Below are positions 63,247 through 64,000 of a stretch of DNA of 64,000 nt, piece by piece. The notes beneath the pieces are model-generated. The model saw only the letters and a program-made list of their open reading frames with translations. It did not search any database and had not been told where the DNA came from. The stretch's first letter is position 1, and each line of letters begins with the position of its first letter. The position numbers and the translations under genes were made by a program. Origin of the DNA: a virus. The stretch is from positions 80,308 to 144,307 of IMG/VR virus record IMGVR_UViG_3300031999_001882, one strand, 5' to 3'.

Positions 63247-63866
63247 TCGCTTTCGATCTCCTTAATGGCCCGGTCCGCCGCATCCTTGGTCATGTCAGCT
63301 CTCAAAATTTCCAGACAGCGCTTCCGCAATTTTGACTTGGCCTCGGCCAAGCGAGCGCTTTCCTTCGTCGCATAAGTCAGCTCAGCCCGGAGCCTCTGGT
63401 TCTCAATGTCCAGTCGCGGAAGCTCGCGCTCAACCACCTTGAGATAGGTCCACATCCACGCCAGCCCAGCCCGCTTTTGCAAAGGCTTGGGCTTCCGCAC
63501 CCACTCCGCACCCCACGAAAAGCCATCCTTGATCCAGAGAAGGCCGAACGGCTTTTCCACCTCGTCCTTTTGGATCACGCCCTGCGGACACACATAAGAG
63601 AAGGACGACACGAACTGCGTGTAGAAAGCCGCCTTCTCGTCCTTGATGAAATCGGCATGACTCATCTTGATCTCGAACCCACGAACCCATTTGGTTTCAA
63701 GGTCGATCACCGCCGCATCAATCCGGTGCGACCCCCATGTAAACTCCGGCACATAGACCGAGTGATACCCGCCCAGCCGTTGCAGGACTTCATGGATCGT
63801 CGAGAGCGTCACTCCCTTATCCTTTTTGACGGTGACCGGATCAACGACAGCCATCAGTCGCCCCAA
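63240..63866 (-). CDS. MmcB-like PD-(D/E)xK nuclease
   Basis: E...RIDA......GFEIKMSHADF..D.K...Y. Confidence 0.7.
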   Translation of the reverse strand: MGRLMAVVDPVTVKKDKGVTLSTIHEVLQRLGGYHSVYVPEFTWGSHRIDAAVIDLETKWVRGFEIKMSHADFIKDEKAAFYTQFVSSFSYVCPQGVIQKDEVEKPFGLLWIKDGFSWGAEWVRKPKPLQKRAGLAWMWTYLKVVERELPRLDIENQRLRAELTYATKESARLAEAKSKLRKRCLEILRADMTKDAADRAIKEIESEW

Positions 63867-64000
63867 CTGTGATCGAACAGTCTGATCTCAAACAGCCCGA
63901 AATAAGCGCCATAAAACAAGTGACTACCCGTGCTCACAAAAGCGCTTGACCCCTTGTGCGGCCATGCCCAGATACGAAACTGAGGCCAACGACCCCACCA

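Noticed and set aside
1-64000. CRISPR array, tRNA or rRNA genes
   Set aside because: No regularly spaced DNA repeats or cloverleaf-like sequences seen; the repeats present are protein-coding and degenerate at third positions.
1-64000. Stop-codon reassignment
   Set aside because: TAA, TAG and TGA all end well-coupled genes, and core genes are intact in the standard code.

Overview
A 64 kb segment of a large tailed dsDNA phage, read in the standard code and almost entirely on the minus strand. Read right to left, it starts with a replication/recombination block (MmcB-like nuclease, SbcC-like ATPase fragment, Hjc-like resolvase, DnaB helicase, DnaG primase). Next come a sigma-factor-like gene and a terminase large subunit carrying an HNH intein. 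About 27 kb of unusual genes then separate the terminase from the head module (portal, prohead protease, scaffold, decoration protein, major capsid protein). The left end holds neck/virion genes, a MuF-like and an ART-like protein, a methyltransferase, a three-domain glycosyltransferase, QEVTQLS-repeat fibre proteins and a permuted papain-like amidase. Most notable, all by inference from sequence: (1) at least six unrelated proteins share an M-(S/Q)-W-T-K-x-A N-terminal leader. (2) Giant 2444-aa and 1436-aa proteins are strings of small domains separated by a recurring [KR]-x-A motif. Together these suggest capsid-targeted polyproteins cut by the prohead protease. (3) An HNH-like gene with its own TATAAT box is fully nested, out of frame, inside the 1436-aa ORF, whose frame stays open. 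All family calls are motif recognition by eye; no searches were run.
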